Below are positions 29,580 through 38,921 of a DNA stretch of 64,000 nt, in pieces (the first letter of the stretch is position 1; every line of letters begins with the position of its first letter). Made by a program: the position numbers and the translations under genes. Below the pieces are notes generated by a model. It worked only from the letters and a program-made list of their open reading frames with translations, did not search any database and was not told the DNA's origin. Where the stretch lies: NCBI GenBank assembly GCA_017882165.1, contig JADGPZ010000003.1:878-64877 (forward strand). The letters run 5' to 3'. Origin of the DNA: Candidatus Kapaibacterium sp. GTDB lineage: Bacteria > Bacteroidota > Ignavibacteria > Palsa-1295.

Positions 29580-29675
29580 ATGCCAAGCGGAAAGAAGCGT
29601 AAGCGCCATAAAATGGCCACCCACAAACGAAAGAAACGTCTTCGTAAGAATCGTCATAAGAAGCGTATTCGTTAG
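29580..29675 (+). CDS. Small basic protein, probable ribosomal protein bS22-like (31 aa)
   Basis: ATG 29580, TAG 29673-29675. MPSGKKRKRHKMATHKRKKRLRKNRHKKRIR resembles the bS22 pattern (MGSVIKKRRKRMxKKKHRKLLxxTRxQRR) by my recollection. Below the ORF-track size cutoff. Confidence 0.45.
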   Translation: MPSGKKRKRHKMATHKRKKRLRKNRHKKRIR

Positions 29676-29756
29676 TCGGCGATAACCACCCCCCATCGTA
29701 GGCGATGGCCCCCGCCTTGAAAAGGCGGGGGAGTTAGTGCCGGGGTAAACAAGTTA

Positions 29757-29794
29757 AGCCTCATGCAGCCATGCGCTGCGTGAGGCTTTCGTTT
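29757..29794 (+). terminator. Candidate intrinsic terminator downstream of the bS22-like gene
   Basis: 12-bp stem gcctcatgcagc / gctgcgtgaggc (one G-U pair), loop catgc, then tttcgttttgc. Confidence 0.4.
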
Positions 29795-29853
29795 TGCTTA
29801 GAGGAAGCTTTAGTGTCTGCCCGTAAGTCATTGCAGGAATGACTTTAAACAGC

Positions 29854-29886
29854 CGAAGCAATCTCCTTTGAAAGAGATTGCTTCGC
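29854..29886. terminator. Hairpin gaagcaatctc-ctttgaaag-agattgcttc between convergent genes; possible bidirectional terminator
   Basis: 11-bp perfect stem; weak T-runs on both sides. Confidence 0.3.
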
Positions 29887-29928
29887 TTTGCTCACAATGA
29901 AAGAGTCGATTGACGACTCGCCTGGAGT

Positions 29929-32037
29929 CTACCGGTTGCCCATGTTATCATCCTCGAACGGACGCCTCGGGCTGCGACGCGCGGGACCTTGTGTAGGCCG
30001 CACGTTGGTCGAATAAACGACTTGTCCCCGGACACCCTTCTGCGGCACTCCGCTTGTCGGTGGCTGGCGATCCTCCCTCGGCGGACCTTGCTCACCGCCC
30101 TGCGGTCGTCCTCTTGACGGTCCACCTTGCGGTCTGCCGCCTCCGCCACCGTATGATCTGCCACCACCGTAGCCTCCTCCTTGCTGGCCGCCGCCATAGC
30201 CACCGCCTTGACCGCCACGCTGCGGCGGACGTCCTCCTCCACGGCCATACCCGCCTCCCGATGGACGCGGCGCGTAGCCACCACCAACCGGACGGTCATA
30301 ATTGCCACCGCCTTCTGGCGGCTTCTGATAGCTGCCGCCTGGCGTCGGACGCTCATAGCTGCCCCCTGAAGGACGCGGAGCATAGCCACCGCCTGCCGGT
30401 CGCCCATAGCCTCCACCACCCGCCGGTCGATCGTAGCCTCCACCTGCTGGACGACCGTAACCTCCCTGACGCGGCGGTCTGCCCTGTCCGGGACCGCCTT
30501 GCGGCTGCCATCCACCTGCGGCTTGGCGTCCGCGCTGAGGCGGGCCGCCTCTGTAGCCACCCTGCCGTTGACCAGATTGCCCACCTTGTCTCGGGCCGCG
30601 CGGTGCTGGCCCGCTCCCCGGTTCGCGCCGGCGAATGCCGCCCGGCCCTGCTTCTCCGATAAATTTCCGCTCCTGTGGTTTCCCACCACGCTTGAACGGT
30701 TTGCGCTCGCCCTTCGGAATCATGACGCGCTTGCCTTTGGCGGCATCGAAACGCTTGCTGTTTCCTTTGCGCTGCGGCTTCTGACGTGGCTTGCGCGCCT
30801 TCCGTGCCGGAGGCACGGTTGCGCCCCATGCTTCTTCTTCCAATCGAGCCTGCTCGCGTACGGGCGCGGCGATGAACTGAAACGTATCCGCGCCGATAAT
30901 CTTGTCGGCGATAGCTTTGCCACTCCAGAATGCGGAGGCGATCGAACTTTGTCCGGCGACGAAATCACCTGCGAGATACAGCGGCGATTTGAACTCGTCC
31001 TGCTTGATCGTATCGACCGTGAATGGCGAGGACGAAAGGAATGCGGCCGGCCAACGCTGGATCTCGCCATAGACCACGTCCGGCAGCGCCACGTCGAGGA
31101 CGTCCTCAAAGACGCGCTCGATTGCGGCGAAGGTCTCCTTGTCGGACTTCAGCACATACTCGCGGCTGATGTCGGCGCCAAGTTGCAGCACAAACGCCAT
31201 CTCATTCTTGCGCTGTCCAAGCTTGCGGCGCTCGCCTTCCTGCGAGAGCCAGAAGACCGGCGCCGTAACATCGTCGGTGAAAAGCGCCGAGAAGTGATCT
31301 TTGAATTTGATCTTCGTCGTTCCAAACATCGCGCCGATCATCGGCTCGTAGTTCACCTCGTTGAGGAGGTCGCAAATGCGCTTGACTTTCTTGTTCTTGT
31401 CTGCATGTGGCAGCAATAACGCAAGCACATAAGGCGCGGGCATTGCGATGACCACGCCATCCGATGGCATGGCCTCGCCGCGCTGATTGCGGAGCGTATA
31501 ACCTTTGTCCTCGAAGACGAGATCGCTGATGCGCGTGTGTGTCCGCACGGGGATGTCCTTGACGAGGGCATCGGCCAGGACCTTGAAGCCGCCATCGAGA
31601 TAATTCCAATTCGGCACCTCGACCTGCTGCGCGGATGCGATGGACCGGCCATCGAAGCGATAGACTGGACCGGGAAATGGCAGTAAGTGTTCGAGCACGC
31701 CGCGCTCTTCGCAGACGGCACGGAGCAACGCGCGGGCGTCGGTCTCGAGTTGGTTCACGCTGAGCGGCGAAAGGTCAAGCCGTTGCGTGCCGGAGTCCAT
31801 TGTCCGGTATCCGACATTGCGTGTGGACGCACGCCCGCCAAGTCCGCGCGACCACTCGAGGACGGTCACGTCCTTGCCGGCGCGGTGGAGAAAATATGCG
31901 GCGGACAGACCGGCAAAGCCTCCGCCAATAACGGTAATCATAATCTGGTGATGCTTCGTGTGTGGCTCGTTTCTTAGGCGAGCTGTGAGTTTCTGAATCA
32001 AAAAAAGGGACCACCCCAAAGCGAGGTGCGGGTCCAC
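29929..32037 (-). CDS. FAD-dependent oxidoreductase (amine-oxidase/Rossmann fold, ~400 aa) fused to a ~280-aa Lys/Arg-rich then Gly/Pro/Arg/Gln-rich repeat tail
   Basis: N-terminus MITVIGGGFAGLSAAYFLHRAGKDVTVLEWSRGLGGRAS (GxGxxG FAD motif). Tail has a KPRQKPQRKGNSKR... basic stretch, then degenerate repeats GGGY(G/D/A)RP(A/S)GG. Confidence 0.65.
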   Translation of the reverse strand: MDPHLALGWSLFLIQKLTARLRNEPHTKHHQIMITVIGGGFAGLSAAYFLHRAGKDVTVLEWSRGLGGRASTRNVGYRTMDSGTQRLDLSPLSVNQLETDARALLRAVCEERGVLEHLLPFPGPVYRFDGRSIASAQQVEVPNWNYLDGGFKVLADALVKDIPVRTHTRISDLVFEDKGYTLRNQRGEAMPSDGVVIAMPAPYVLALLLPHADKNKKVKRICDLLNEVNYEPMIGAMFGTTKIKFKDHFSALFTDDVTAPVFWLSQEGERRKLGQRKNEMAFVLQLGADISREYVLKSDKETFAAIERVFEDVLDVALPDVVYGEIQRWPAAFLSSSPFTVDTIKQDEFKSPLYLAGDFVAGQSSIASAFWSGKAIADKIIGADTFQFIAAPVREQARLEEEAWGATVPPARKARKPRQKPQRKGNSKRFDAAKGKRVMIPKGERKPFKRGGKPQERKFIGEAGPGGIRRREPGSGPAPRGPRQGGQSGQRQGGYRGGPPQRGRQAAGGWQPQGGPGQGRPPRQGGYGRPAGGGYDRPAGGGGYGRPAGGGYAPRPSGGSYERPTPGGSYQKPPEGGGNYDRPVGGGYAPRPSGGGYGRGGGRPPQRGGQGGGYGGGQQGGGYGGGRSYGGGGGRPQGGPSRGRPQGGEQGPPREDRQPPTSGVPQKGVRGQVVYSTNVRPTQGPARRSPRRPFEDDNMGNR
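30117..30450 (-). repeat. Degenerate in-frame tandem repeats (~27-30 nt units, ccaccgcc-rich) encoding GGGYGRPAGG-like units of the oxidoreductase tail
   Basis: Visible periodicity in both protein and DNA. Confidence 0.45.
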
Positions 32038-32334
32038 AAGAACAAATTTATTGCGCGCAGCGCTGAGCCGCCACGACCGTTCCAGTATGTATTGTCAGTT
32101 GAACTTTCTCCCGTGGGAGAAAAAAGAGCACGCGGGAAGCCAATCCGGTTCAGTGAGAGTCTTCCACTTTTTCAAACCAACCAGCCCGCCTAAACCATGC
32201 TCGTGGCGCGACCGGCAAAACTTCCTTCTACAATCCTCTCCGAGAGGACTTTCAACTGTTATGGAATCGCATCCTCCTGTGAGGAGTTCCAGCCGAGTGG
32301 TACGAAGACAGCGAAAGAATGATGAATTCCGAGG

Positions 32335-32526
32335 CTACTTGGCCTCTTCCACGACCACCAGATGCTGGACGGCCCGGATCATGCCTCGAATGGCAGGCGT
32401 GTCGTTGTGAACGGCAACGTAGTGAGGACGTCCGAGACCGAGCGCCTTGATCGTGCGCTTATGCTGCTCGAGCGTGTCGCACGTGGAGCGCGTTTGCCGG
32501 ATGAGAATCTTCTTTGTCGGTGCCAT
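32335..32526 (-). CDS. rpmD: 50S ribosomal protein L30
   Basis: 63 aa; ...TLEQHKRTIKALGLGRP...DTPAIRGMIRAVQHLVVVEE matches L30 by my recollection. Confidence 0.85.
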   Translation of the reverse strand: MAPTKKILIRQTRSTCDTLEQHKRTIKALGLGRPHYVAVHNDTPAIRGMIRAVQHLVVVEEAK

Positions 32527-32576
32527 GATTAACCACCCCCTGCCCCCTCCTTCGAAAGGAGGGGGTAATGATAATA

Positions 32577-33080
32577 TTACCCGTTAAAAACTTTTGTCAG
32601 CGAAACGCCGCGTCGTTCGGAAACCATCGACGCATCGTTCAGCGATTCCAATGCCGCCATCGTCGCTTTCACAAGGTTGTGCGGATTCGATGAACCTTGC
32701 GATTTTGTCAGAATGTCCTGGACGCCTGCGAGTTCGAGTACTGCTCGAACACCACCGCCGGCAATCAGCCCCGTTCCGGGCGAAGCCGGCTTCAGCATAA
32801 CCTTGCCGGCGCCAAATTTGCCTAACGTCATGTGCGGGATCGTACCCCGGCGAAGTGGCACGGAGCGAACATTGCGCTTCGCGTCTTCCGTCGCCTTGGA
32901 CACAGCATCGGCTACTTCGTTCGACTTGCCAAGACCAATACCGACATGCCCCTGACCATCGCCAACGGCGACGATCGCATTGAAGCTAAACCGGCGTCCA
33001 CCTTTGACAACCTTCGCAACGCGATTGACCGCGACGAGCTTGTCCTTGAGATTGAGTTCCGCTGAGCGAATTTTTGACAC
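32577..33080 (-). CDS. rpsE: 30S ribosomal protein S5
   Basis: Position in the spc cluster; [10 protein letters not shown] and GAGLIAGG S5 motifs. Confidence 0.9.
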   Translation of the reverse strand: MSKIRSAELNLKDKLVAVNRVAKVVKGGRRFSFNAIVAVGDGQGHVGIGLGKSNEVADAVSKATEDAKRNVRSVPLRRGTIPHMTLGKFGAGKVMLKPASPGTGLIAGGGVRAVLELAGVQDILTKSQGSSNPHNLVKATMAALESLNDASMVSERRGVSLTKVFNG

Positions 33081-33096
33081 GCTGTATTCCTACAAA

Positions 33097-33453
33097 TTAA
33101 AACACCAGTCCGCCTTCACGCGCGCCATCGGCGAGCGCTTTGACGCGACCATGATAGAGATACCCATTGCGGTCGAACACCGCCGACGTAATGCCCTTTT
33201 CCACTGCGGCCTGCGCGAGGACCTTACCGGTCTGCTTCGCAAGCTCCGTTTTGGGACCCTTGAGTCCCTTGCTGCTTGCGGCCGCAACCGTGAATCCCTG
33301 CGCATCATCAATGAGTTGCGCGTAGACGCCGGTGTTGCTCCGGAAGATGACCAGACGCGGCCGCTCGGCCGTACCCTGGATCTTGTTGTGGATCGTGTGC
33401 CTGCGCCGCTCGCGTCGGCGAGCCTTGGCCTGCAAATGAAGTTTCGATGCCAT
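33097..33453 (-). CDS. rplR: 50S ribosomal protein L18
   Basis: 118 aa, [12 protein letters not shown]...[10 protein letters not shown], cluster position. Confidence 0.9.
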   Translation of the reverse strand: MASKLHLQAKARRRERRRHTIHNKIQGTAERPRLVIFRSNTGVYAQLIDDAQGFTVAAASSKGLKGPKTELAKQTGKVLAQAAVEKGITSAVFDRNGYLYHGRVKALADGAREGGLVF

Positions 33454-33478
33454 TGCTGTTCCTGCTTAGCTTCTTATC

Positions 33479-34018
33479 TTACTTTCCTGCGGTCTTACCG
33501 GCCTTGCGAATGATCTTCTCGCCCGCATACTTCACGCCCTTGCCCTTGTAGGGTTCTGGCGGACGCATCGAGCGGATCTTCGCGGCCACGGCTCCGACCA
33601 ATTGCTTGTCGATACCCGAAACGGTAATCTGAGTCGGCGCGGGAACATCGACCGTGATCTCATCCGGGACCACAAGCACGATGGGGTGCGAATACCCGAG
33701 CGCGAACTGCACCCATTTTCCCTTCTTCTCAGCCTTGTAACCAACGCCGACAAGTTCAAGCTTCTTTTGGAAGCCCGTCGTCACGCCTTCGACCATGTTG
33801 TTCGCAAGCGCGCGCGAAAGCCCATGCAGCGCGCGAACGCGGCGATCCTCGCTCGATCGCGTGAACGTAAGCTGGTCCTGCTCGATATGCGCGGTCACGA
33901 CTTCCGGCAGCCGCTGCGATAGCTGGCCCTTCGGTCCCTTGACCTGAAGCTCGCCTTTGACATCGACCACGGTTACACCTTTCGGGATCGTGATTACTTT
34001 TCTTCCTATTCTCGACAT
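33479..34018 (-). CDS. rplF: 50S ribosomal protein L6
   Basis: MSRIGRKVITIPKGVTV..., 179 aa. Confidence 0.92.
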   Translation of the reverse strand: MSRIGRKVITIPKGVTVVDVKGELQVKGPKGQLSQRLPEVVTAHIEQDQLTFTRSSEDRRVRALHGLSRALANNMVEGVTTGFQKKLELVGVGYKAEKKGKWVQFALGYSHPIVLVVPDEITVDVPAPTQITVSGIDKQLVGAVAAKIRSMRPPEPYKGKGVKYAGEKIIRKAGKTAGK

Positions 34019-34116
34019 AATCTTCTTTTTTCGCTTACGCTAATCCGAAATCGGACGCTGCAGCATTTTTTTAGATTTCATAAATTCTATAGAATCTATA
34101 GAATAATCAAAACCTT

Positions 34117-34506
34117 TTACCAAACGTAACAAAGCACTTCGCCGCCGACATTCGCCTGACGGGCTTGCTTATCGGTCATGAGGCCTTTCGGCGTCGAAAG
34201 GATCGCGATCCCAAGCCCGGAGAGCACACGCGGTGTCTCCGTTGCTTTCGTATACCGTCGAAGTCCCGGCGTCGAAATACGCTTGAGACCCATGATCGCC
34301 GGCTGCCCGTTCGTGTACTTCAGCGTCACGCGGAGCATCCCCTGTTTCGTATCCTCGATCCGCTCGATCGAGTCGATATAGCCTTGCTCGCGCATGATCT
34401 CGGCCATCGCAAATTTCAGGTTCGAAGCCGGCACATCGACATACTTATGCCGCGCGCCCAGCGCGTTGCGCACTCGGGTCAAAAAATCGCCAATCGTATC
34501 CATCAA
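34117..34506 (-). CDS. rpsH: 30S ribosomal protein S8
   Basis: [15 protein letters not shown]..., 129 aa. Confidence 0.92.
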   Translation of the reverse strand: MMDTIGDFLTRVRNALGARHKYVDVPASNLKFAMAEIMREQGYIDSIERIEDTKQGMLRVTLKYTNGQPAIMGLKRISTPGLRRYTKATETPRVLSGLGIAILSTPKGLMTDKQARQANVGGEVLCYVW

Positions 34507-34551
34507 GAATTCAAAATAATCAAAATGTCCAGCTCCGCTCGTGCGACGCTA

Positions 34552-34737
34552 TTACCAGCTCGACTTCCGTACGCCGGGTATCTTTCCCTCTAATGCCAGC
34601 TCCCGAAAACAGAGCCGACAGATCCCGAACTTCCGGTAGTACGCGCGTGACCGCCCACAGCGGTTGCATCGGTTGTGCACGCGTGTCGCAAACTTCGGTT
34701 TGCGCTTCGCTTTGACTCTCAGGGCTAATCGTGCCAT
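34552..34737 (-). CDS. rpsN: 30S ribosomal protein S14 type Z (zinc-binding)
   Basis: 61 aa, [25 protein letters not shown] zinc-ribbon form. Confidence 0.9.
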   Translation of the reverse strand: MARLALRVKAKRKPKFATRVHNRCNRCGRSRAYYRKFGICRLCFRELALEGKIPGVRKSSW

Positions 34738-34782
34738 CTCTGAAGTGCTAAAGTGCTATTCTTAGTACGAAACTGCTGGTGT

Positions 34783-35505
34783 TTAGGCCGTTTCCGTTTC
34801 GCGCTTGCGGAACGGCAGACCAAACGCTTTCAAAAGTTCGAGCGCTTCCTCGTCCGTGCGGGCGCTGGTCGCGAACGTAATGTCCATTCCCGTGATCTTC
34901 GAAACCTTATCGACATCGATTTCCGGGAAGATAATCTGCTCGCGAATGCCGAGCGTGTAGTTGCCACGGCCGTCGAACGACTTATCCGGAATACCGCGGA
35001 AATCGCGGATACGCGGGATGGCCGTCGTCATGAGCCGATCCAAAAACTCGTACATGCGCGCCCGGCGCAGTGTGACGCGGCATCCAATCGCCTGGTTCTC
35101 GCGAAGCTTGAAGTTCGAAATCGACTTTTTCGACTTGGTGATCGCGGGCTTCTGACCTGTGACGGCTTCAAGATCGCGGACGGCTGCCTCGAGCAACTTC
35201 GGATCGCTCGCAGCGGCGCCGACGCCGATATTGATTGCGATCTTATCGATGCGTGGTACTTGATTCACATTTTCGTAACCGAATCGCTTCATCAGCGACG
35301 GTACGACATCGCTGCGATATTTCAGCAGTAACCGTGCGGGCGGAATGGGGCGATCCTTCGCCTGGAACGCCTCGGCATGTGGTTCGCCGCGGCCACCAGA
35401 CTTTTTGTCGCCCTTCCCCTTACCCTCGCCCTTCGGCGTCTTGGGTTTTCCTTCACCGGCTGCCGGAGCGGCCTTCGGTTGTTTCTTTGCTTTCTCTTCT
35501 GCCAT
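34783..35505 (-). CDS. rplE: 50S ribosomal protein L5 with a ~55-aa Lys/Gly-rich N-terminal extension
   Basis: Core [39 protein letters not shown] at 35505 with no internal ATG before the core, so the extension appears real. Confidence 0.88.
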   Translation of the reverse strand: MAEEKAKKQPKAAPAAGEGKPKTPKGEGKGKGDKKSGGRGEPHAEAFQAKDRPIPPARLLLKYRSDVVPSLMKRFGYENVNQVPRIDKIAINIGVGAAASDPKLLEAAVRDLEAVTGQKPAITKSKKSISNFKLRENQAIGCRVTLRRARMYEFLDRLMTTAIPRIRDFRGIPDKSFDGRGNYTLGIREQIIFPEIDVDKVSKITGMDITFATSARTDEEALELLKAFGLPFRKRETETA

Positions 35506-35552
35506 TTTTTCTTGTCCTAAGCAACGATATTGGCCGTTGCTCCTAAGCTTAG

Positions 35553-35882
35553 TTATGCGAGCACGTCCCCGGAGCGCTTCGAGAAGCGCTCGAACCGGAC
35601 CTTGCCCTCTGTGCCGATGAGTTCGCGCTTGCCGATGCGCGTCCGAAGATTCGTCTTCGGATCGACGAGCATCACGTTCGATGCATCGATCGGAGCTTCG
35701 CGGACGGTGATGCCGCCCTTCTGGTTCTTCTGCGACGGACGCTCGTGCTTGTGCTGCGTGTTCACACCCTCGACGAGCACTTTGTTCGTCTCGGGGTAAA
35801 CCCGAAGTACCTTACCATGCTTGCCACGGCTCTTGCCCGTGATCACTTCGACGATATCGTTCTTCTTGACTCTCATGTTCAA
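35553..35882 (-). CDS. rplX: 50S ribosomal protein L24
   Basis: [25 protein letters not shown] (KOW motif). Confidence 0.9.
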   Translation of the reverse strand: MNMRVKKNDIVEVITGKSRGKHGKVLRVYPETNKVLVEGVNTQHKHERPSQKNQKGGITVREAPIDASNVMLVDPKTNLRTRIGKRELIGTEGKVRFERFSKRSGDVLA

Positions 35883-36247
35883 ATTACCTCCGGCGCCAGC
35901 GAAACGATTTTCATATATTGCCGCTCGCGAAGCTCGCGGGCGACCGGTCCGAAGATGCGCGTGCCACGCGGCTCGCCCTGGGCGTTGAGCAATACGACCG
36001 CGTTCTCGTCGAACCGGATGAAACTGCCGTCTTTCCGGCCGTACTCCTTTTTCGTCCGCACGATGACCGCCTTCGAAACTTCGCCCTTCTTCACCTGCCC
36101 ATTCGGAATCGCCGACTTGACGCTGACGACGACCACGTCGCCCAGACCGGCATAGCGCCGGTCATGCCCGCCCAGAATGCGGATGCAACGCACCTTCTTG
36201 GCGCCCGAATTATCGGCTACGATTAAGTTCGTTTCTTCCTGTACCAT
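35879..36247 (-). CDS. rplN: 50S ribosomal protein L14
   Basis: [23 protein letters not shown], 122 aa. Confidence 0.95.
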   Translation of the reverse strand: MVQEETNLIVADNSGAKKVRCIRILGGHDRRYAGLGDVVVVSVKSAIPNGQVKKGEVSKAVIVRTKKEYGRKDGSFIRFDENAVVLLNAQGEPRGTRIFGPVARELRERQYMKIVSLAPEVI

Positions 36248-36285
36248 AACTACTCCAGTATCTCTCCCAAACAGAGAGGGATGTG

Positions 36286-36576
36286 CTACTTCGCTCGTTC
36301 CAAAACTTCTACAACGCGCCAGCGCTTCGTCTTCGAGAGCGGGCGAGTCTCCATGATGCGGACCGTGTCACCGGTCTTGGCATCGCTATTCTCGTCGTGC
36401 GCGACAAATGTCGTCGTCTTCTTAAAGTACTTCTTGTACAGCGGATGCGGCACCTGACGCACAAGGCTCACGATGACGGTCTTCTGCATTTTATCGCTGA
36501 CGACCTTCCCGACGCGCTCCTTGCGATGTCCGCGCACCACTGCGCTCACTTGTTCGCTCGTTTGATTCTCTGGCAT
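36286..36576 (-). CDS. rpsQ: 30S ribosomal protein S17
   Basis: Cluster position; [14 protein letters not shown]...HDEN S17 pattern. Confidence 0.88.
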   Translation of the reverse strand: MPENQTSEQVSAVVRGHRKERVGKVVSDKMQKTVIVSLVRQVPHPLYKKYFKKTTTFVAHDENSDAKTGDTVRIMETRPLSKTKRWRVVEVLERAK

Positions 36577-36584
36577 GATAAAAA

Positions 36585-36791
36585 TTATTTCGCCAATGGC
36601 TTGCGATCCCGGAGCGACGTTTCCATCCGCGCGATGTCGCGGCGAAGCGTGCGGAACTGCGCGTGATTGTCAAGCTGTCCGATCGTCTTCTGGAATGTAA
36701 GCGAGGTCATTCGCGAGCGTGTATCCGCGATTTGCTTCAACACCTCTGCTTCGCTCAAATTCGCAAGCTCTGCGTATTTCGTACCCTTCAT
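36585..36791 (-). CDS. rpmC: 50S ribosomal protein L29
   Basis: 68 aa, [20 protein letters not shown].... Confidence 0.85.
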   Translation of the reverse strand: MKGTKYAELANLSEAEVLKQIADTRSRMTSLTFQKTIGQLDNHAQFRTLRRDIARMETSLRDRKPLAK

Positions 36792-36801
36792 TGCTTCCCC
36801 T

Positions 36802-37221
36802 TTACTCTACGTAATCCGGCCGAACGACGACCTTTGTCTTCACCGGAAGCTTGTGCCCCGCAAGTCGAAATGCTTCCTCGGCAAGCTCTTTTGTAATGCC
36901 GCCGATCTCGAACATGATGCGCCCCGGCCGGATGACCGCGACCCAAAATTCAGGAGATCCCTTGCCAGATCCCATACGGGTCTCTGCGGGCTTCTTCGTC
37001 ACCGGCTTGTCCGGAAAGATCCGAATCCAAATTTTTCCGTCGCGCTTCATCGTACGCGAAAGCGTGACGCGAACAGCTTCGATCTGGCGGCTCGTGATCC
37101 AGCCTGACTCCAACGCCTTGAGGCCGAAGGAGCCGAATGCGAACTGCGTACCGCGAGTCTCGTTACCCGAGACTTTGCCGCGCATCGCTTTGCGATATTT
37201 TACTCTCTTTGGAAGAAGCAT
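36802..37221 (-). CDS. rplP: 50S ribosomal protein L16
   Basis: [16 protein letters not shown]..., 139 aa. Confidence 0.95.
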   Translation of the reverse strand: MLLPKRVKYRKAMRGKVSGNETRGTQFAFGSFGLKALESGWITSRQIEAVRVTLSRTMKRDGKIWIRIFPDKPVTKKPAETRMGSGKGSPEFWVAVIRPGRIMFEIGGITKELAEEAFRLAGHKLPVKTKVVVRPDYVE

Positions 37222-37245
37222 CTTCTTCTATTGCTACTCTTCTAA

Positions 37246-38157
37246 TTATTCAGCCGCTGTTTGTGTCCGGGTCCGAAGCGTCGGCTTTGGGCCATCGCTT
37301 CCCGATGCGCTACGCCCGGCTCCATCGTGTGATCCGCCGCGAGCACCGCCGCGCGTCCTTGGACCCCGATCTCCCGTGCCGCGATCGCCTCCACCTTCGC
37401 CCGAATCATCGCCGCGTCCACGTCCACCGCGACGGCGGCGTTCGCCACCGGCTGCGGAAACGATCGGACGTTTGTCCTTCTGCTCGACACCGTTTACGGC
37501 GGTTTCGGCGGCGATCTGGAGTGGCGTCTGACCGATGATGTCACCGTGGCAAACCCAAACCTTCACGCCAATCGAACCATACACCGTATGCGCTGTCGAA
37601 CGTGCAAAATCTATGTCGGCGCGGAGCGTGTGCAGCGGGATACGTCCCTCTTTATACTGCTCGCTTCTCGCGATTTCCGCACCACCAAGTCGTCCGCCGC
37701 ACATGACGCGAATGCCCTCGGCACCGGCGCGCATCGCAGCCGAAATGGAGCCCTTCATGGCGCGGCGGAAGGAAATGCGCCCCTCAAGTTGCTGCGCGAT
37801 CTGATCGGCAACAAGTTGAGCATCCGTCTCCGGCCGTTTCACTTCGTTGATAAGGATCTTCACTTCCTTACCACCCGTAATATTCTTTAGCTCCTCTTCA
37901 AGCTGCGCGATCTCTTTGCCGCTCTTGCCGATCACGACACCCGGTCGTGAGGTATGGATGGTCAGCACGACGCGCTTCGTCGTGCGGTCGAGCGTAAGCT
38001 TCGAAATTCCGGCGCGTTTCAGACGGTTCTTTACGTAAGATCGAATGAGGTTATCCTCTTCGAGCTTCTGCGCGAAATTCTTGTCGTCGTACCAGCGCGC
38101 GTCCCACGGTCTGGTTACCGCGACTCTGAAGCCAATGGGGTGTGTTTTTTGTCCCAA
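37246..38157 (-). CDS. rpsC: 30S ribosomal protein S3 with a Gly/Arg/Asp-rich C-terminal extension (~70 aa)
   Basis: MGQKTHPIGFRV..., KH domain; tail GGERRRRGGRGRGDDSGEGGGDRGTGDRGPR.... Confidence 0.92.
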   Translation of the reverse strand: MGQKTHPIGFRVAVTRPWDARWYDDKNFAQKLEEDNLIRSYVKNRLKRAGISKLTLDRTTKRVVLTIHTSRPGVVIGKSGKEIAQLEEELKNITGGKEVKILINEVKRPETDAQLVADQIAQQLEGRISFRRAMKGSISAAMRAGAEGIRVMCGGRLGGAEIARSEQYKEGRIPLHTLRADIDFARSTAHTVYGSIGVKVWVCHGDIIGQTPLQIAAETAVNGVEQKDKRPIVSAAGGERRRRGGRGRGDDSGEGGGDRGTGDRGPRTRGGARGGSHDGAGRSASGSDGPKPTLRTRTQTAAE

Positions 38158-38175
38158 ATTATCTTCCTATCGTCT

Positions 38176-38628
38176 TTAACTTGCCGTAGTTGGTGTTGCT
38201 GCCGCCGGAGTCGCAATGGCTTTCGGCGTCGCAGCTCCTTCTTTCTTACTTCCTCGCACAGGCTTGCGCGATGCCCGCAGCCCAAGTTCATCGCTGACGA
38301 CGATCCTGAGATGATTCGAGCGCTTTCGCACCCGGAAGGCACGACCCATCGGCGCCGGAAGCACACGCTTGAGCATCGCTCCGCCATCGGCGGAACACTC
38401 GCGCACATACAATTCCTCGACATCGAACCGCGAATTCTCGGGGTCCATCTGAAAATTCGAGATCGCGCTGCGAAGCGTCTTCTCGGCCACGACCGATGCG
38501 TGGTTCGGCGTGAAGTGGAGGATCGAAAGAGCCTCCGGCACCCGCTTGCCTCGGATCTGATCGAGCACGATCCGCATCTTCCGCGGTGAGCTCTGAATGT
38601 TACGCTTAATTGCGTGCGCTTGCTTCAT
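38176..38628 (-). CDS. rplV: 50S ribosomal protein L22 (with a C-terminal extension)
   Basis: MKQAHAIKRNIQSSPRKMRIV..., cluster position. Confidence 0.9.
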   Translation of the reverse strand: MKQAHAIKRNIQSSPRKMRIVLDQIRGKRVPEALSILHFTPNHASVVAEKTLRSAISNFQMDPENSRFDVEELYVRECSADGGAMLKRVLPAPMGRAFRVRKRSNHLRIVVSDELGLRASRKPVRGSKKEGAATPKAIATPAAATPTTAS

Positions 38629-38633
38629 TATAC

Positions 38634-38915
38634 TTATTTCGTCGCTACTTCGGTCTTCGTTCCTGAGTGTCCACGGAAGGTCCGCGTTGGCGAAAACTCG
38701 CCGAGCTTGTGTCCCACCATGTTCTCCGTCACATAGACCGGAATGAACTTGTTACCATTGTGGACCGTGAAGGTGTGACCGACAAAATCCGGCGAGATCG
38801 TTGAGGATCGCGACCAGGTCTTCACCACTTTCTTCTGACGAGCAGCATTGAGCGTCTCCACTTTTCGGAGCAGCTTCTCGTCAATGAACGGTCCTTTTTT
38901 CAGCGAACGTGACAT
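38634..38915 (-). CDS. rpsS: 30S ribosomal protein S19
   Basis: [16 protein letters not shown]...[12 protein letters not shown]. Confidence 0.95.
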   Translation of the reverse strand: MSRSLKKGPFIDEKLLRKVETLNAARQKKVVKTWSRSSTISPDFVGHTFTVHNGNKFIPVYVTENMVGHKLGEFSPTRTFRGHSGTKTEVATK

Positions 38916-38921
38916 ACTTTT

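Noticed and set aside
29892-31419. Alternative-frame/antisense ORFs (265 aa, 306 aa, 202 aa) across the oxidoreductase tail
   Set aside because: Products of the repetitive GC-rich DNA encoding the Gly/Arg tail. The sense frame gives a coherent FAD-oxidase domain.
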